DNA of 61,984 nucleotides, counting the filler, from Nemertoderma westbladi (lineage: Eukaryota > Animalia > Xenacoelomorpha): NCBI GenBank assembly GCA_032718475.1. It is 3 parts of 3 records of this genome, joined end to end, with 100 filler letters (N's around TTAATTAATTAA, not from the genome) between each part and the next. Parts side by side here need not be neighbours in the genome. Positions count along the whole stretch, not along the records: positions 45,677 to 61,984 come from JAUCBJ010007745.1; 2 more parts are not named here. One strand, 5' to 3'. Made by a program: the position numbers and the translations under genes. Of the stretch, positions 50,501-61,984 are shown one piece after another. Position 1 is the stretch's first letter; each line of letters starts with the position of its first letter. The notes under the pieces are model-generated. The model worked only from the letters and a program-made list of their open reading frames with translations, ran no database searches and was not told the DNA's origin.

Positions 50501-50958
50501 CTCAAACCAAAACTTATTCTGCGGGGTTTGCGCGGCAGTAAAGATTGAAAGTCTGGAAGCTGGCATCCCTAGGTATTATTATTATAAAGAGCGTCAGCCT
50601 GCGTTTAATAAATATATTTTAATACAAAACAGGTCGAACGCAAAGAGGCTTATAATGAAGACGAGTACTGCATTGATTATATTCCTATAAACCACCTGGC
50701 TTTGCATATTGAACGTGCGTTTGGAAATAAGTTCGTGCTACCCTTCCGTGGGTGGTAGATGTCGCGGTTATGTATTGGTGGGTGGGGGAGGGGGGGGGGG
50801 GGGGTGCAAATTAAAAGGGGTGAACACGTACTGTCCCCCTTTCTTTGATTAATTGGTGGTGTGGGCTAATCTCTCATAACCTGATTTTGTGATACAGTCG
50901 CACAATTTTAATTTGTATCTCATAACTGGGCCTCGTGGTGCGCGAAGGCCCCACGAAC
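47532..50958. mobile_element. Composite insertion bounded by Helentron/HINE-like ends
   Basis: Interrupts ATTAGCC|GTGTTATAC without a TSD; ends are GTGGGGC.../...GCCCCAC, with a (CTGTCGTT)n microsatellite and an AAACTTGGTACACATG motif. Internal inverted pairs: ~47641-47697/49688-49747 and ~48178-48239/49930-49992. Confidence 0.45.
50277..50570 (+). pseudogene. LINE ORF1-like N-terminal fragment with a CxxC...CxxC zinc finger
   Basis: MVTSKPARLSTRIQ...IECSHCQ...LFCGVCAAVKIESLE, followed by abrupt loss of coding character. Confidence 0.4.
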
Positions 50959-52567
50959 GTGTTATACACTATATTATATTAGCCGTTATACAGTATAATT
51001 ATTTAGATAAGCCATAATGACGCGCAACAATATTTAGATAAGGAAAATAAAACGCCCATATTTTTGAATTTATCCATTTTGTATAGTATGTAGCCCTACC
51101 TAAGTAATTTTGTAATAGGATATAAGTAAATAGTTCCAGGGTAGCAAGTTTCCTGTTGGACCCTGGATATAAGCTTGCTGTTATTAGCCTCAACAGGGCT
51201 AGCTGTATATTGGTCTTAATTTTCTCTATAATTGAGCTAAATTAATCTTTATGTATCATATTATTAGTACCGCTAAATTAAGCATCGCCAAAATTACCAT
51301 ATATGGTAATAATTTGTGATTTCGAGGAGCGATAGGTTCACAATCCGGACTCCTTATTGGCCTAGCTGCTTCCAGGTTGGTCTAATGGTGGCGCGGATTG
51401 GAGAGCCAATGAGAGAATGATTGCATCATCCTCCATGAATCACCTATAAATTGGCTGTGTTTCCGGTATGATCTCTCTCTCTCTTAGTGCTTTGTAATTA
51501 ATTCAGTAATTCGGTAATTCTTGCATGTTAATTATTTCTGCTTTTCGCAATTATTTCTTGCAATGATTCGCTAATTTGTAAATTCGACCGATTTCTTGGT
51601 GTGTTTCTCAATCAATCCCAATGATTACTGTTAATTACAATTTGAACTATGATTTCTACCCTTTGATTAATGGTTCTATGTGATTCCTTTTGATGTAATA
51701 ATCCCACGGGATTTTCTTAGACTGTCAGACTTTGTGATTGTGTGCACCGTTACGGTAGCTCCCCATTAGATGGAGGGCTAATGTACCGGTAGGCGCGGCG
51801 GGCGCATCGGGGGGTTAGCGACGAAGGGAGTGCGGAGGATTCAAAGACAAGCAACACTGGCGGGGGTCACTGTTGCGGTTGGGAAGTTGGCAGTGTAGAG
51901 CGCTGACTTTAGTGATCTTATCTCTTTGATCACAAATTATGTATAAAATAAAATGATAAATTTATTAGCTTGAAAACAATTTAATTAACTTACATATTGA
52001 ATACTTGCAATAGGTTAACTCCACAACAACAATAGGAAAAACAATATACCATTGAATAACTACTACACAACTTGGCAAAGAATCAAACTTTTACATCGCT
52101 AACACCACCTAGTGGAATCTTTAATACATTGAAATACTATAGTATTCTCTAAAACCATGAGTACGCTATACTCCCCTGTAAACTGTACTCAGTTTATGTA
52201 AGTTTATTTACTTTTGAAACACAATATGTAAAATCAATTCGTATCACTATATTGATAACTGTCAACAAAATACTAAAAAATAGTAATATACAATATTTAC
52301 ATGCTCACATAAATGATACGAATAGCTTCAATTTAACGCAAATGTTAAAACAATTAATGTAACTTATGTATTATGTAGTGCAGTTTGAGATCTTAAACTT
52401 CACTTCACTATAAATCTCAAGTTAAAATTCTTAATTAAACCTTGTGTTAATTATAAAACTTAGAACAAAACCATATGATATAGTATGAATATTACGAATC
52501 CCACAAATAGTTAAATTTTACACTTAGTTCAATTAATTAACATTTCTAATTAGACTATTTAATAAAT

Positions 52568-54390
52568 CTAATCATTACAGTTAATCTCCAATGGATATAG
52601 GGCTTGAATCTGCCGCTTTATATATCGGTTTAGGCAACTTTCCTTGAGTAATAGTTCTTACATTTGCCGCTCTAACCACTTTATCACGGCTTTCTATTAG
52701 GTCGTCTATAATTCCCAAACGCCAACATGCTCTGTTTGATACATCTTCATTCTCTATAAGTACAACATCATCTTTGGCGATCTTTGGACCCGACAGTTGA
52801 TATCATGGCCAAAAACGTTCTCTCAGGCTAGTTAAATATGTCATTCGGAAATTCTTCTGGAAGTTTCTACGCAATTTAGATATGTACTCCCAGCGTTGTT
52901 GTACTTGTTTCTGGGTACTATCAGGTATGCTTTCAGTAGTAGACACAACGATAGGTTTAGTGAAATTCCTTTTTCCAATTAAAATATGAGATGGGGTTAA
53001 TATTGTTGGACTATGTAGATCGGAATCAACATATGTAAGTGGTCTATCATTCAGTATACTTTCAATTTCTGATAAAACTGTTATTAACTCAATCGATGTT
53101 AGTAATGAGCGTCCCAACACTTTTCGTAAATTCTCTTTTATCATCTTTACTATTCGTTCCCACAGTCCACCCCACCAAGGGGCTTTCTCGACAATGTGCT
53201 CGAATCTAATGTTGTGTTTTTCCATAAATTTCTTGACAGTGTTACTTTTGAAATTTGATCCATTGTCTGACCACATTTGTTCTGGCCAAGACCTTCGAGC
53301 AACAAATCTACAAAAACAACTTATAAATCCTTCTCCAGTTAGATCCTCACCAACTTCAAGGTGAACTGCACGTGTACTTGCGCAGGTGAAAATCGAAATC
53401 CATGCTTTATATTTTTCTATAACTCCATTTTCTCCCCTGTTGCTGGTTCGCTTGACATAAGCAAAATCAGCAAAATCAACACCAGTACATATAAAAGGTA
53501 AACATTCAGATATCCTCTCGATTGGAAGTGGAGGAAGATGTGGAGTGGGGTATGATTTTCCAACTATTTTTTTGCAATGCTTGCAATTTGATATTGAGCT
53601 CCTCACACTTCGTCTACCCTCGAGAATCCAGAATTGTTCTCTCGTATGGCTTAACGTTCCAGATGTCCCAGCATGTAATACATCTACATGTATTTGTTCA
53701 ATTAGTAGTTTAGTAAAATAAGAATCTTTTGCTCTCGGTAACAATATTGGATGTTTCATGGCATAAGGTAAGTCGACACTCTCTAATCTCGTTTTGCAAG
53801 TTATTATTCCATGGGAATCTAGTTCTAAACCCAATTGATGTACCTTCTGCGGACACGATCCACTTTTAGAATGGAGATATTCCAAGTGGGGGAAATGTTC
53901 TTCTTGTATAATTTTAATCCAATATTGTTCTGGAGAGAGACTTATTGATGTTAATGTTGGACAACACTTGGATGAACTCACATTTTGTAGGAATTTAAAT
54001 ATAATATGTGTAATACGAATCACTTTGTTTAATGTTGAGTATCTTGTTACATCAAAAATTGGTTGTTTGTTTGATACTGATACTATACAAACTGGAAAGT
54101 TTGTTTTCTTTTTTTTACCTCTTTATAATAATCTTCGGTTAGCATTCCCTCCTCATTTGAATGTGGCCAGAACTTTTCTGGTGAAGCTAACCATTTTGGA
54201 GCATTAAGCCAAATGGGATGTGAAAGTAACTCTTTGGCGCAAGTACCTCTTGATGGGGGATCAGCCGGATTCTCACATCCAGGACAGTGGTTCCATTGTG
54301 ATGGGTTTGAGAAATGTCTGATCTTGGAAACTCGATTTTGAACAAAAGCCACATAGTCAGTATCATTCTTTATCCAACATAAAACTGTCG
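52568..54390 (-). mobile_element. BEL/Pao pol remnant (RNase H end, integrase, C-terminal DUF5641-like tail)
   Basis: FVQNRVSKI, WNHCPGCENPAD, HPILLP, H..VLHAG...C..C, TGVDFAD, FTCASTRAVHLE, WSDNGSNF, APWWGGLWER, LNDRPL, WRLGII, LYPLE. Frameshift near 54080 and an in-frame TGA at 52803-52805. Confidence 0.93.
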
Positions 54391-54437
54391 CTGGTACAGT
54401 AATTAGAGGGCTGATGATCCAGATTTTGTCTCTATTT

Positions 54438-55407
54438 TGTAGTATTAGGGGGGCAGGAATCGGGTTAGTTAGGAAGCCTAGATGTACCCGGGAGAGGCCT
54501 TCGTACCCTACATTGCGAACTGCATTGTATACTGCGTCGCAACTACGTAGCGAACTGTAGATTGCAAGTTGTGAACTGTGAATTGCTGACTGCTGATTGG
54601 TGTGTTACTAAAGTGTGCCTAATAAATCACGAATGCTTAGATAGGCGCTCTTTTCCTTTGATTGATTTCTATTTCTTAGTTTACGAAAAATATTTACTGA
54701 TTAGGTCGAAAATAATACAGTATTTTAGGCTGTTACTAGTGCAACCCGTTGCGTAATAAATTAGAATTACACATTCTGGAACACTTAGTAATTAGTACGC
54801 TGTTTCATATTTGTGACTGTAATTAATTAGTAAAATTAAGAATTTGTACGCAGCATAGCGGAGAGTAGTTAAGGTAATAATTTGGAGTACCGTAAACTAT
54901 TCATGCTGGGAGGTTATTTGAATTAGCGGGCAATAAGTTAGATCGCAGTATCCAGTACGCAGAACGCATTAGTAAATTGCTGACCTAAAGTCAGCCGAAG
55001 GCAAGTTTTAGTCCCATAGTAGGTATAAGTCCTGAAAACACTATACCATTTTTGATTATTTAAATAATCTCACATTCACATATTCCATTAGGGAACCCCA
55101 GTATTCGCGATTAGAAAAGACGTGGTTATTAGCGCGTTAGCAGTAAGATTAGGCCATAAGAATATACTCTGAGTGTAAAGCCTCTCACACTCGTCTTAAG
55201 TAAGCTTAGGGAGCCGATTCGGGTTTATTGTTTTGGTTATTCCCGCGTGGCTCATATATTCGAACAGTTAGCTCTCTATCGAGCGATCAGTAGAGAAAGG
55301 AACAAAGCGGTTTGCAGGAGCTGTACAAAATTAGTAAAATATATTAGCGGACGGCAGGTTAGCGCCATCCAACAGTAAGTAGCGGTTTTGTATTTAGCAG
55401 CCCTACA
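54438..55407 (+). mobile_element. Possible solo LTR
   Basis: TGTAG...CTACA termini and an internal AATAAA; no TSD found. Confidence 0.3.
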
Positions 55408-55437
55408 TTAGTATTAGTACACTCCTGATCACCCCGT

Positions 55438-56348
55438 TTAACCCTATTACCACTGGGGTGTTTTAACCATTAGCACCACTGGGGGGGGGGGGGGGGGGGA
55501 TTCGGCCCACCCACTATATTTTTGTAGTCGTCCAATGAAATCCTACAAAATTTGGGCTGTTTGTGAAACAACTATAGATGAACACTACCAAACCTTAAAA
55601 AGTTAAAATTTCATAATTTTGATAAAAAATAAAAGTAGTCCCAGGACAAAATTACAAAATTTTTCGTTTTCTAAAAACTAATAGTGTGGCAGTGTTGGCT
55701 AGATTTAGTAGGTTTTTCAATGTGATTATATTCCACTTCAAAAAATTGAAGTGGATGCTATTTTTCGTGCACCTAAGAAGTGGGCGTGGCACTTCAAATT
55801 TTGAAAAATTAGATATTCAGAAAATGCCCTTAATTTTTTTATTTCAACGCATCTTTATGGGTTTTCTGGGCCGCTGAATCGATTGAAAATAATATAGAAG
55901 CCTGAAGACTGAGTGATTCGCCATGTTTGGAGCACCAAAATTAGGGCATGGCACTTAAATTTTGAAAAATACGAGATTCTGAAAATAAACCAAAATTGAA
56001 ATTTTAACGAATTTATATAGGTTTTCCAGACCGCTGAATCGATTGAAAGTAATATAGAAGCCGGAAGACTTAGAAGTTAGCCATTTTTTGAAATCAAAAC
56101 TTTAGCGTTTTTTCCGAATAAAGTAATTTTGAAAATTTGAAGTGCCACGCCCTAATTTTGGTGCATCGAAAATTACGTACACAAAGGATTTGAGGCTTCT
56201 ATATTACTTTCAATCGAATCAGCGCTCCAGAAAACCTATAAAATTAATTTGAAATCAAAACTTTAGAGAATTTTCCGAATCTCGTATTTTTCAAAATTTG
56301 AAGTGCCAAGCCCTAATTTTGATGCACCAAAAATGGCGAACCACTAAG
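55438..56348. mobile_element. TTAA-type non-autonomous element with ~120-bp internal direct and inverted repeats
   Basis: Starts TTAA|CCCTATTACCACTGGGG. Blocks GGGCGTGGCACTTCAAATTTT...CCGCTGAATCGATTGAAA recur at ~55780-56070 and in reverse complement at ~56130-56345. Confidence 0.5.
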
Positions 56349-58817
56349 TGTTGGGTTTTGAAGAAACAACAACAATAAGAAAAGCATGAGGAATGTCAAC
56401 AAGTATTGTATATTATAATATATTGTTTAGTTACTCTAATTCTCTAGATAGATATAATTATTTTGCATGACAAAAATGTATCTGGTATATATCTCATGAT
56501 GTGCAATATGGTTACACATAGAAAGGGTCAAACATACCTACTGTAGAAGTGCAAACAATATGTAAATATAATATAATTAATCATGGAATTAATTAATTAC
56601 GGTAGTAGTGTTGAGGTTATACACATCATTTAACAGCACATAATATTAAATCAATTATACCTTATATTAACGTTACATAACTCCCCCTTTTAAATAGGCG
56701 GAGCCTTAATTAAATATTTAAATAAATCAAATTATAGACTAAACAAATAATCATGTCCTTTTCTACTCTAAAATTTCATAATATTACTAACAATAGTGAT
56801 ATTTAATACCAAATATATATTACATTACAGAGCGATTCATGGTAACGCAAGGTAAAAAGATAAGTACTAATCCTACAGCATAATTTAAATTTGTGAATAC
56901 ATTATTTTAATTTAAATGTTACACGTTTACGGACTTTAACGTAATTTATTTGAGTGTCGTTAGCGTGAATCACTGGTTTAATTCTATCCAATGATATCAC
57001 TTCGTTCTGGCAATGACGTAGGATAGTAGCAGTTTTCTCTTTCAAATCGATTATGGGAAAGGGGCCAGTGTAACAAGGAGCTAATGAACTTCTCTTAATC
57101 GGATCTTTAACCCAAACATGTGTTGCCAATTTCAAAAATTCCGGAACATGCGATTTAATGCTATGGCGACGTATCGGCGCATTAAAGGAATCAACTTTAT
57201 TGAATAGTTTAGAAACATAAGCTGGAATATCTTCTGTCTTATTTGTAGAATCGAAAAATTGTCCAGGAAGACGTAACTCGGTTCCATATAATAATTGTGC
57301 TGGAGAGTATCCGTGAACACCTGCAGCTGATCGAAGTCCAAGTAATACCAAGGGTAACTCGTGGTACCAATTATAATTTCGACATTTAGCACGAAGTGAC
57401 GCCTTTAGTTGCCTGTGGAATCTTTCCACTAAACCATTGCATGAGGGGTGATACGCTGTGGTTCGCTTACGTTCAATACCCAATTTATTAGTTAATGCAG
57501 AAAATAAATGGGATTCAAATTGAGATCCTCTATCTGTAATTATTCTACTAGGAACTCCAAATCGACTTATCCACGAATGAAGAAAAGCGTCAGCTATAGT
57601 TTCAGTACAAATATTTTTAACGGGAACAACTTCACACCATCTTGTAAAGCGATCAACTGCAGTAAACAAATATTTAAAACCACATGATAAAGGTAATGGA
57701 CCGACAATATCAATATGCACAGCATCCAATCTGGATTCAGTAGGTATTGTGCCAACTGGGGTTTTGGTGTGGAGTGTTATTTTTGATTTTTGACAATCAA
57801 AACATTCCCTCGCCCATGAATTAACCTGTTTATTCATTCCAGGCCAAGTATAGCGAGCTGATATTAAACGAAGAGATTCCTTGGGACCAGCATGAGCTAG
57901 TGAATGAAATTTGTCAAAAATTGGTCGACGCAATTTTGTAGGAACATAGGGTCTCAAAGTCGACTTAGAATTATCATAATATACAAATTTCCCATTAGCT
58001 ACTTCAATTGTTTTTAGTGTTAGTTTTGTTGAACAGAAAAATTTTTGCAAGGTGTCATCGCATAATTGGGCCTCAGCCAATTCAATTATATTGTCGAACG
58101 AGATTACTGAAATTGGGCGTGATAATGCATCTGCTACCAAATTATCTGCTCCAGCTACGTATTTAATATCGCAATGAAATTCCGAAATATACGACAGCCA
58201 ACGGGCTTGTTGTGGAGATGGATTTTTCATCTCCAAGCAACAAATTAGAGGCTTGTGATCAGTAAAAATTGTCAGGTTTTGCCCAAGTAACCATTCGTGA
58301 TGTTTAAGGGCAGAGTATATAGCAAGTAACTCCCGATCAAAAGTAGATTTGCGGCTCTCATTAGGTGTGAGTTTTTTTGAATAGAATGCTAGCGGTTCCA
58401 GATTCCCATCAACTTGCTGATGAACAACACCTCCAATGGCTATACTTGACGCATCAGTTGTGATTGAAATTTTTGCGTTTTCTTTTGGAAATGCCAAAAT
58501 TACTGCGTTTGACAGTGCTTCCTTCAGTTTGGCGAAGGCTATTTTTCCTTCAGCTGATAATTGAAAATTTCCAGTCTTTCCCATTTTCCGAGTTAAATCT
58601 GTCAAAGGGGACGCAATGTCCGAAAACCTGGGTACAAACCGATGATAAAACCCGCAAATACCAAGGAATCTACGAAGGGCAGTGCAAGTTTCCGGTTCTG
58701 GGAAATTTTTAATAGCTTCAATTTTGGAAGGGTTTGGACGAACACCTTGTTTTGAAACATAATACCCGAGGAATAAAACCTCGCTTTTAAAAAAAACACA
58801 TTTTGAAAGTTTCGCCT
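56349..58817 (-). mobile_element. Gypsy/Ty3 LTR retrotransposon, 3' half (RT thumb, RNase H, integrase, PPT, 3' LTR)
   Basis: Open frame to a stop at 56902: KCVFFKSEVLFLG, FLGICGFY, TTDASS, FDRELLAI, FTDHKPL, ADALSR, H..AHAG..C..C, HIDIVGPLP, TDRGSQFES, YHPSCNGLVERFH, YTGPF. PPT AAAAGGGGGAGTTA then LTR start TGTAACG at 56677; far LTR end uncertain. Truncated at TTAA 58818-58821. Confidence 0.92.
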
Positions 58818-59387
58818 TTAACCTTCTAAGGACCAGACCCATTTCACATTATTATATCACAATTCCTTTCATAGGGCAGGCTCATATAGTCAAAATTAAG
58901 AAAAATTGTGAATTTCATGAAAATCCATTCAGCCATTGGCCTATAAAGGGCATGTTCCCATTTGGGAACAGTGGGCGCTAAAGCACTAAGAATTTACAAA
59001 ATTTCCATATTATTGAATACTCAAATTATTTCATCTATATTGAACCAATTACTGCTTAGTAGTATATACTAATGCATTATAAAACTTCCAATAACATAAA
59101 TAGCGCCCTTACAACAATATTTATTATATTTATTAGTAATATTATTATTAATTAACAAATATTATATTACAACTAAGAAGACAAGTAGTAATGTAAATTA
59201 TTAATTAATAAATTTAAATAAAACAAAAGAAAAAACTTTTCCATACAATTCCATCTATATATTTCAGTATTATATAGAGACATATTTATTAATTAATATT
59301 ACTACTAATTAATTAATAGAAAATAATTATAAATTTACTCTCTGAGTTTACCATGAGCTGAAAAACGATTTAGCTTTCATATAGAGT

Positions 59388-61292
59388 TCAGTGTGTGTTC
59401 TTTGAATGGTAAATTATCCAACAAACTTTTCCATGATCACTGTGCAGTCTCTTCTTACATTTTCTACATTGAATTCGCGTATTTTTTTGACATACAGCAC
59501 ATCTTCCTTGTGTAACTTCTTCCCTAAAGTGCTCCATTTCGTCACATCGGATATCATCAGGTACATGACGCGGTTTACCACTCATACGCCTTGGTTCCCT
59601 TATTTGAGCAGTGGCTCCAACAGTGCCAGCTAAAAAGCATTGAGTAACCTCACGGACAAATAAGATGTGTGATAGCTGCTCTCCTTTCGGAAATATGCGA
59701 CAATGAACTCTCCAAGCAGCAGTCATGCAAACCCCTAGAGATTCAATGAAAAGTGGAAACCACCACTTCTTGGCTTTTATGCGGGGACGATATGAAGAAA
59801 CTAACCTATCTAACAAATCTACACCACCCATACCCTGGTTATACTTCACAACATCTCCAGGAACCTTCACTTGAACACTACCACCTTTGACTCTCCTCTT
59901 TACATTTCCAACTGGTTCATGTCCAATAGCATTGCTTGCCATGTGAACGATGTTATTGTCATGCCACTTTGTGATATGAACAATGCCATCACATATATAG
60001 TCAAATGTTCCTCGAGGCGATTTTTTCATATCCTTCGTGCTCATCAGGCTGATATTTGCACCACCTGTTCTGTCTTGTCGTATTGTACCAGTTGTTGCTG
60101 CACCTCGTTCCTTCATCACTCGTAGCAAAGCATAACTAGTAAAGAAATTGTCAATGTAAAAATGGTGTTTAGACAATAATGACACACTTTCAATAACATC
60201 AGCCATGTGGAGAACGACCTTCCCACCAAGGGTAGTTTTTGGATCTTTCTCTCGTGCTCGTTCATAGCGATCCACTTTTGCCTGCTTTGCTGGTGGTGCC
60301 TTCTCTTTATTAGTAGATTGGGTATCAGCACCATCTTTCTCCTTTCCAGTGTAAATCTTTAGTTGATATGGATATCCATTACTGCCTGCAACGCACCACC
60401 CCTTGTACCCAAAACGAACGGGTTTATTAGCCATAAACTGCCTAGCTGAATGAAGGCCATAGTAAGGTATCATGGCTTCAACTATTGATAGTTCACTATC
60501 AAATATCCCAAACTGAACAAGTCGAGCATTCATCATATCGTATAAGGGCTGAACCTTCGCAATTTTGTTGCCTTGTTCTAAGTTAAGATTGTCAGCCAGG
60601 TGAAAGTAACGCTTGATTAATTCAAATCGATTTCGCGGCATCGTTTCTTTTACAATTGGAATACCAAGATCATTGTCATCTGACCACATATCACGCTGAG
60701 ATGGTACTTGGTGATAGCCAGACAATAAAATAATCCCAAGAAACTTACGAATTTCAATGTCGTTAGTCTTGAATGAAGGGCAGTTTTTATCTCTATTCGC
60801 ATATAAATCAGTCTGAGTCACAAACATATCAATCATTTCGTTGTCCATGTATTTGGAGAATAGTTTGAACGGAGAAGCTCCTGCTATTGATGGATCAACA
60901 CAGTCCGGTTTTTCTAAACTTTGAAGTTCTGGTTGTGGAGGGTGCGCTATATTTAAGTTTTTCCGCCATTTATGCTTTTCATGCACAGATTCTTCAACCT
61001 CATCAGCATCATTGGATGTCTCGTCATAGTTGTCATCATTCTCATATTCCTCTTCCACTTCTATTTCACCAGCAGGCTCAGGTAGGAATGTTGGGTCTAT
61101 GTCGTCATCCTGCTCCTCATCACTGTCAGCATTGCGGTCGTCACCTGTATCAGGAGGCAGTATGGTCACAGTTGTAGACAAAGTCCCATGGTGTGATGCT
61201 ATTGAATCAGCAGCATCTCCTAGAGTTTTAAATCGTGCAGTTCTTGTTATTCCACGTTTTCCATAGAATGATACTGGGTCTGCCACTGCCAT
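59388..61292 (-). CDS. piggyBac transposase, PGBD3-like, 634 aa
   Basis: MPRNRFELIKRYFHLADN, LSIVEAMIPYYG, KPVRFGYKGW, YIDNFFTS, GTIRQDR, KWHDN, YNQGMGGVDLLD, KKWWFPLF and a C-terminal Cys-rich domain RCAVC..C..C..LH..C...YH. Confidence 0.95.
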   Translation of the reverse strand: MAVADPVSFYGKRGITRTARFKTLGDAADSIASHHGTLSTTVTILPPDTGDDRNADSDEEQDDDIDPTFLPEPAGEIEVEEEYENDDNYDETSNDADEVEESVHEKHKWRKNLNIAHPPQPELQSLEKPDCVDPSIAGASPFKLFSKYMDNEMIDMFVTQTDLYANRDKNCPSFKTNDIEIRKFLGIILLSGYHQVPSQRDMWSDDNDLGIPIVKETMPRNRFELIKRYFHLADNLNLEQGNKIAKVQPLYDMMNARLVQFGIFDSELSIVEAMIPYYGLHSARQFMANKPVRFGYKGWCVAGSNGYPYQLKIYTGKEKDGADTQSTNKEKAPPAKQAKVDRYERAREKDPKTTLGGKVVLHMADVIESVSLLSKHHFYIDNFFTSYALLRVMKERGAATTGTIRQDRTGGANISLMSTKDMKKSPRGTFDYICDGIVHITKWHDNNIVHMASNAIGHEPVGNVKRRVKGGSVQVKVPGDVVKYNQGMGGVDLLDRLVSSYRPRIKAKKWWFPLFIESLGVCMTAAWRVHCRIFPKGEQLSHILFVREVTQCFLAGTVGATAQIREPRRMSGKPRHVPDDIRCDEMEHFREEVTQGRCAVCQKNTRIQCRKCKKRLHSDHGKVCWIIYHSKNTH

Positions 61293-61506
61293 AATGTGAT
61301 AATTATTGATGTAAACTCAAAAAAGATGCTAAACTAATACTGTATTGTGTAGAGTGTAATATGGTAATACTATGCTGAATGTTTGGATCTGAAATGCTGA
61401 AAACCAAAATCTATAAGTCCAATGATACAATGCCGTAATGTGCACTAATGCCTGAGTTTACAGTACAGTATACTGTATTAGTCTACAGTAATACTGTAAT
61501 AGCCAG

Positions 61507-61836
61507 CAATCAATGGACATGAGCACTGAATTCCTAAATACAGAAATATACCAGTGACAATGGTACATCAGCTACAGTACAGCTGTACTGTACTCTGCCT
61601 GAATGACCTAACCTGTGACATAATGACAATACATCAATGAAGCAATAGCCTGTTGTGCAGCTAGGCCATATCAATCAATGGACATGAGCACTGAATTCCT
61701 AAATACAGAAATATACCAGTGACAATGGTACATCAGCTACAGTACAGCTGTACTGTACTCTGCCTGTATGGCCTAACCTGTGACATAATGACAATACATG
61801 AATGCAGCAATAGCCTGTTGTGCAGCTAGGCCATAT
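61507..61836. repeat. Two tandem 165-bp units in the piggyBac 5' region
   Basis: CAATCAATGGACATGAGCACTGAATTCC...GCTAGGCCATAT starts at 61507 and again at 61672, with few mismatches. Confidence 0.92.
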
Positions 61837-61984
61837 GCACCTAGTTTCAAATAATACAAGGTATTATAATACAATAAACGTGCTGTACACCTAAATTACC
61901 TAAAAAAGCTAGTGTGTTAATGCCCACTGTTCCCAAATGGGAACATCATAAACTTAATTGAATATGGTGGCCGTTTCCATGCTT

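Larger units (their letters stand above)
58822..61984 (-). mobile_element. piggyBac (PGBD3-like) DNA transposon; other end outside the window
   Basis: TTAA|CCTTCTAAGGACC terminus at 58822 and a 25-bp internal inverted repeat pair (58952-58976 / 61922-61946) flanking the transposase. Confidence 0.85.

Noticed and set aside
58981-61914. CACTA...TAGTG termini suggesting an EnSpm element
   Set aside because: Only 5 bp match with no TSD; the transposase is piggyBac and a TTAA end exists at 58822.

Overview
Eukaryotic (invertebrate animal) genomic DNA, AT-rich and dense in transposons, with two 100-bp scaffold gaps that carry an artificial TTAATTAATTAA linker (16310-16409, 45577-45676). Host genes are NRDE2 (minus, no intron seen, runs off the window start, missed by the ORF track), intronless RAB7, two internal exons of FBXL2/20, a complete 5-exon coatomer zeta (COPZ, 177 aa), a single 2.25-kb CWF19L2 exon, and a 5-exon orphan secreted protein of 313 aa. 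That protein's motifs resemble an uncharacterised bacterial/archaeal family, so it is a candidate intron-gained horizontal transfer. Mobile DNA includes RTE and CRE LINE pieces, tRNA-derived SINEs (one complete, with a Deu/Nin domain and 13-bp TSD), MULE, Tc1/mariner and Merlin MITEs with TSDs, BEL/Pao and Gypsy remnants, and a PGBD3-like piggyBac inserted at a TTAA inside Gypsy pol with its first catalytic Asp changed to Val. The most notable signals are the candidate HGT gene, heavy promoter-proximal clustering of TA-x-TA motifs (TACCGGTA, TAGGCCTA, TACAGTA) that look like transposon excision footprints, apparent nesting of RAB7 and NRDE2 in an FBXL2/20 intron, and precise intron loss. All family assignments come from motif recognition; no searches were run.
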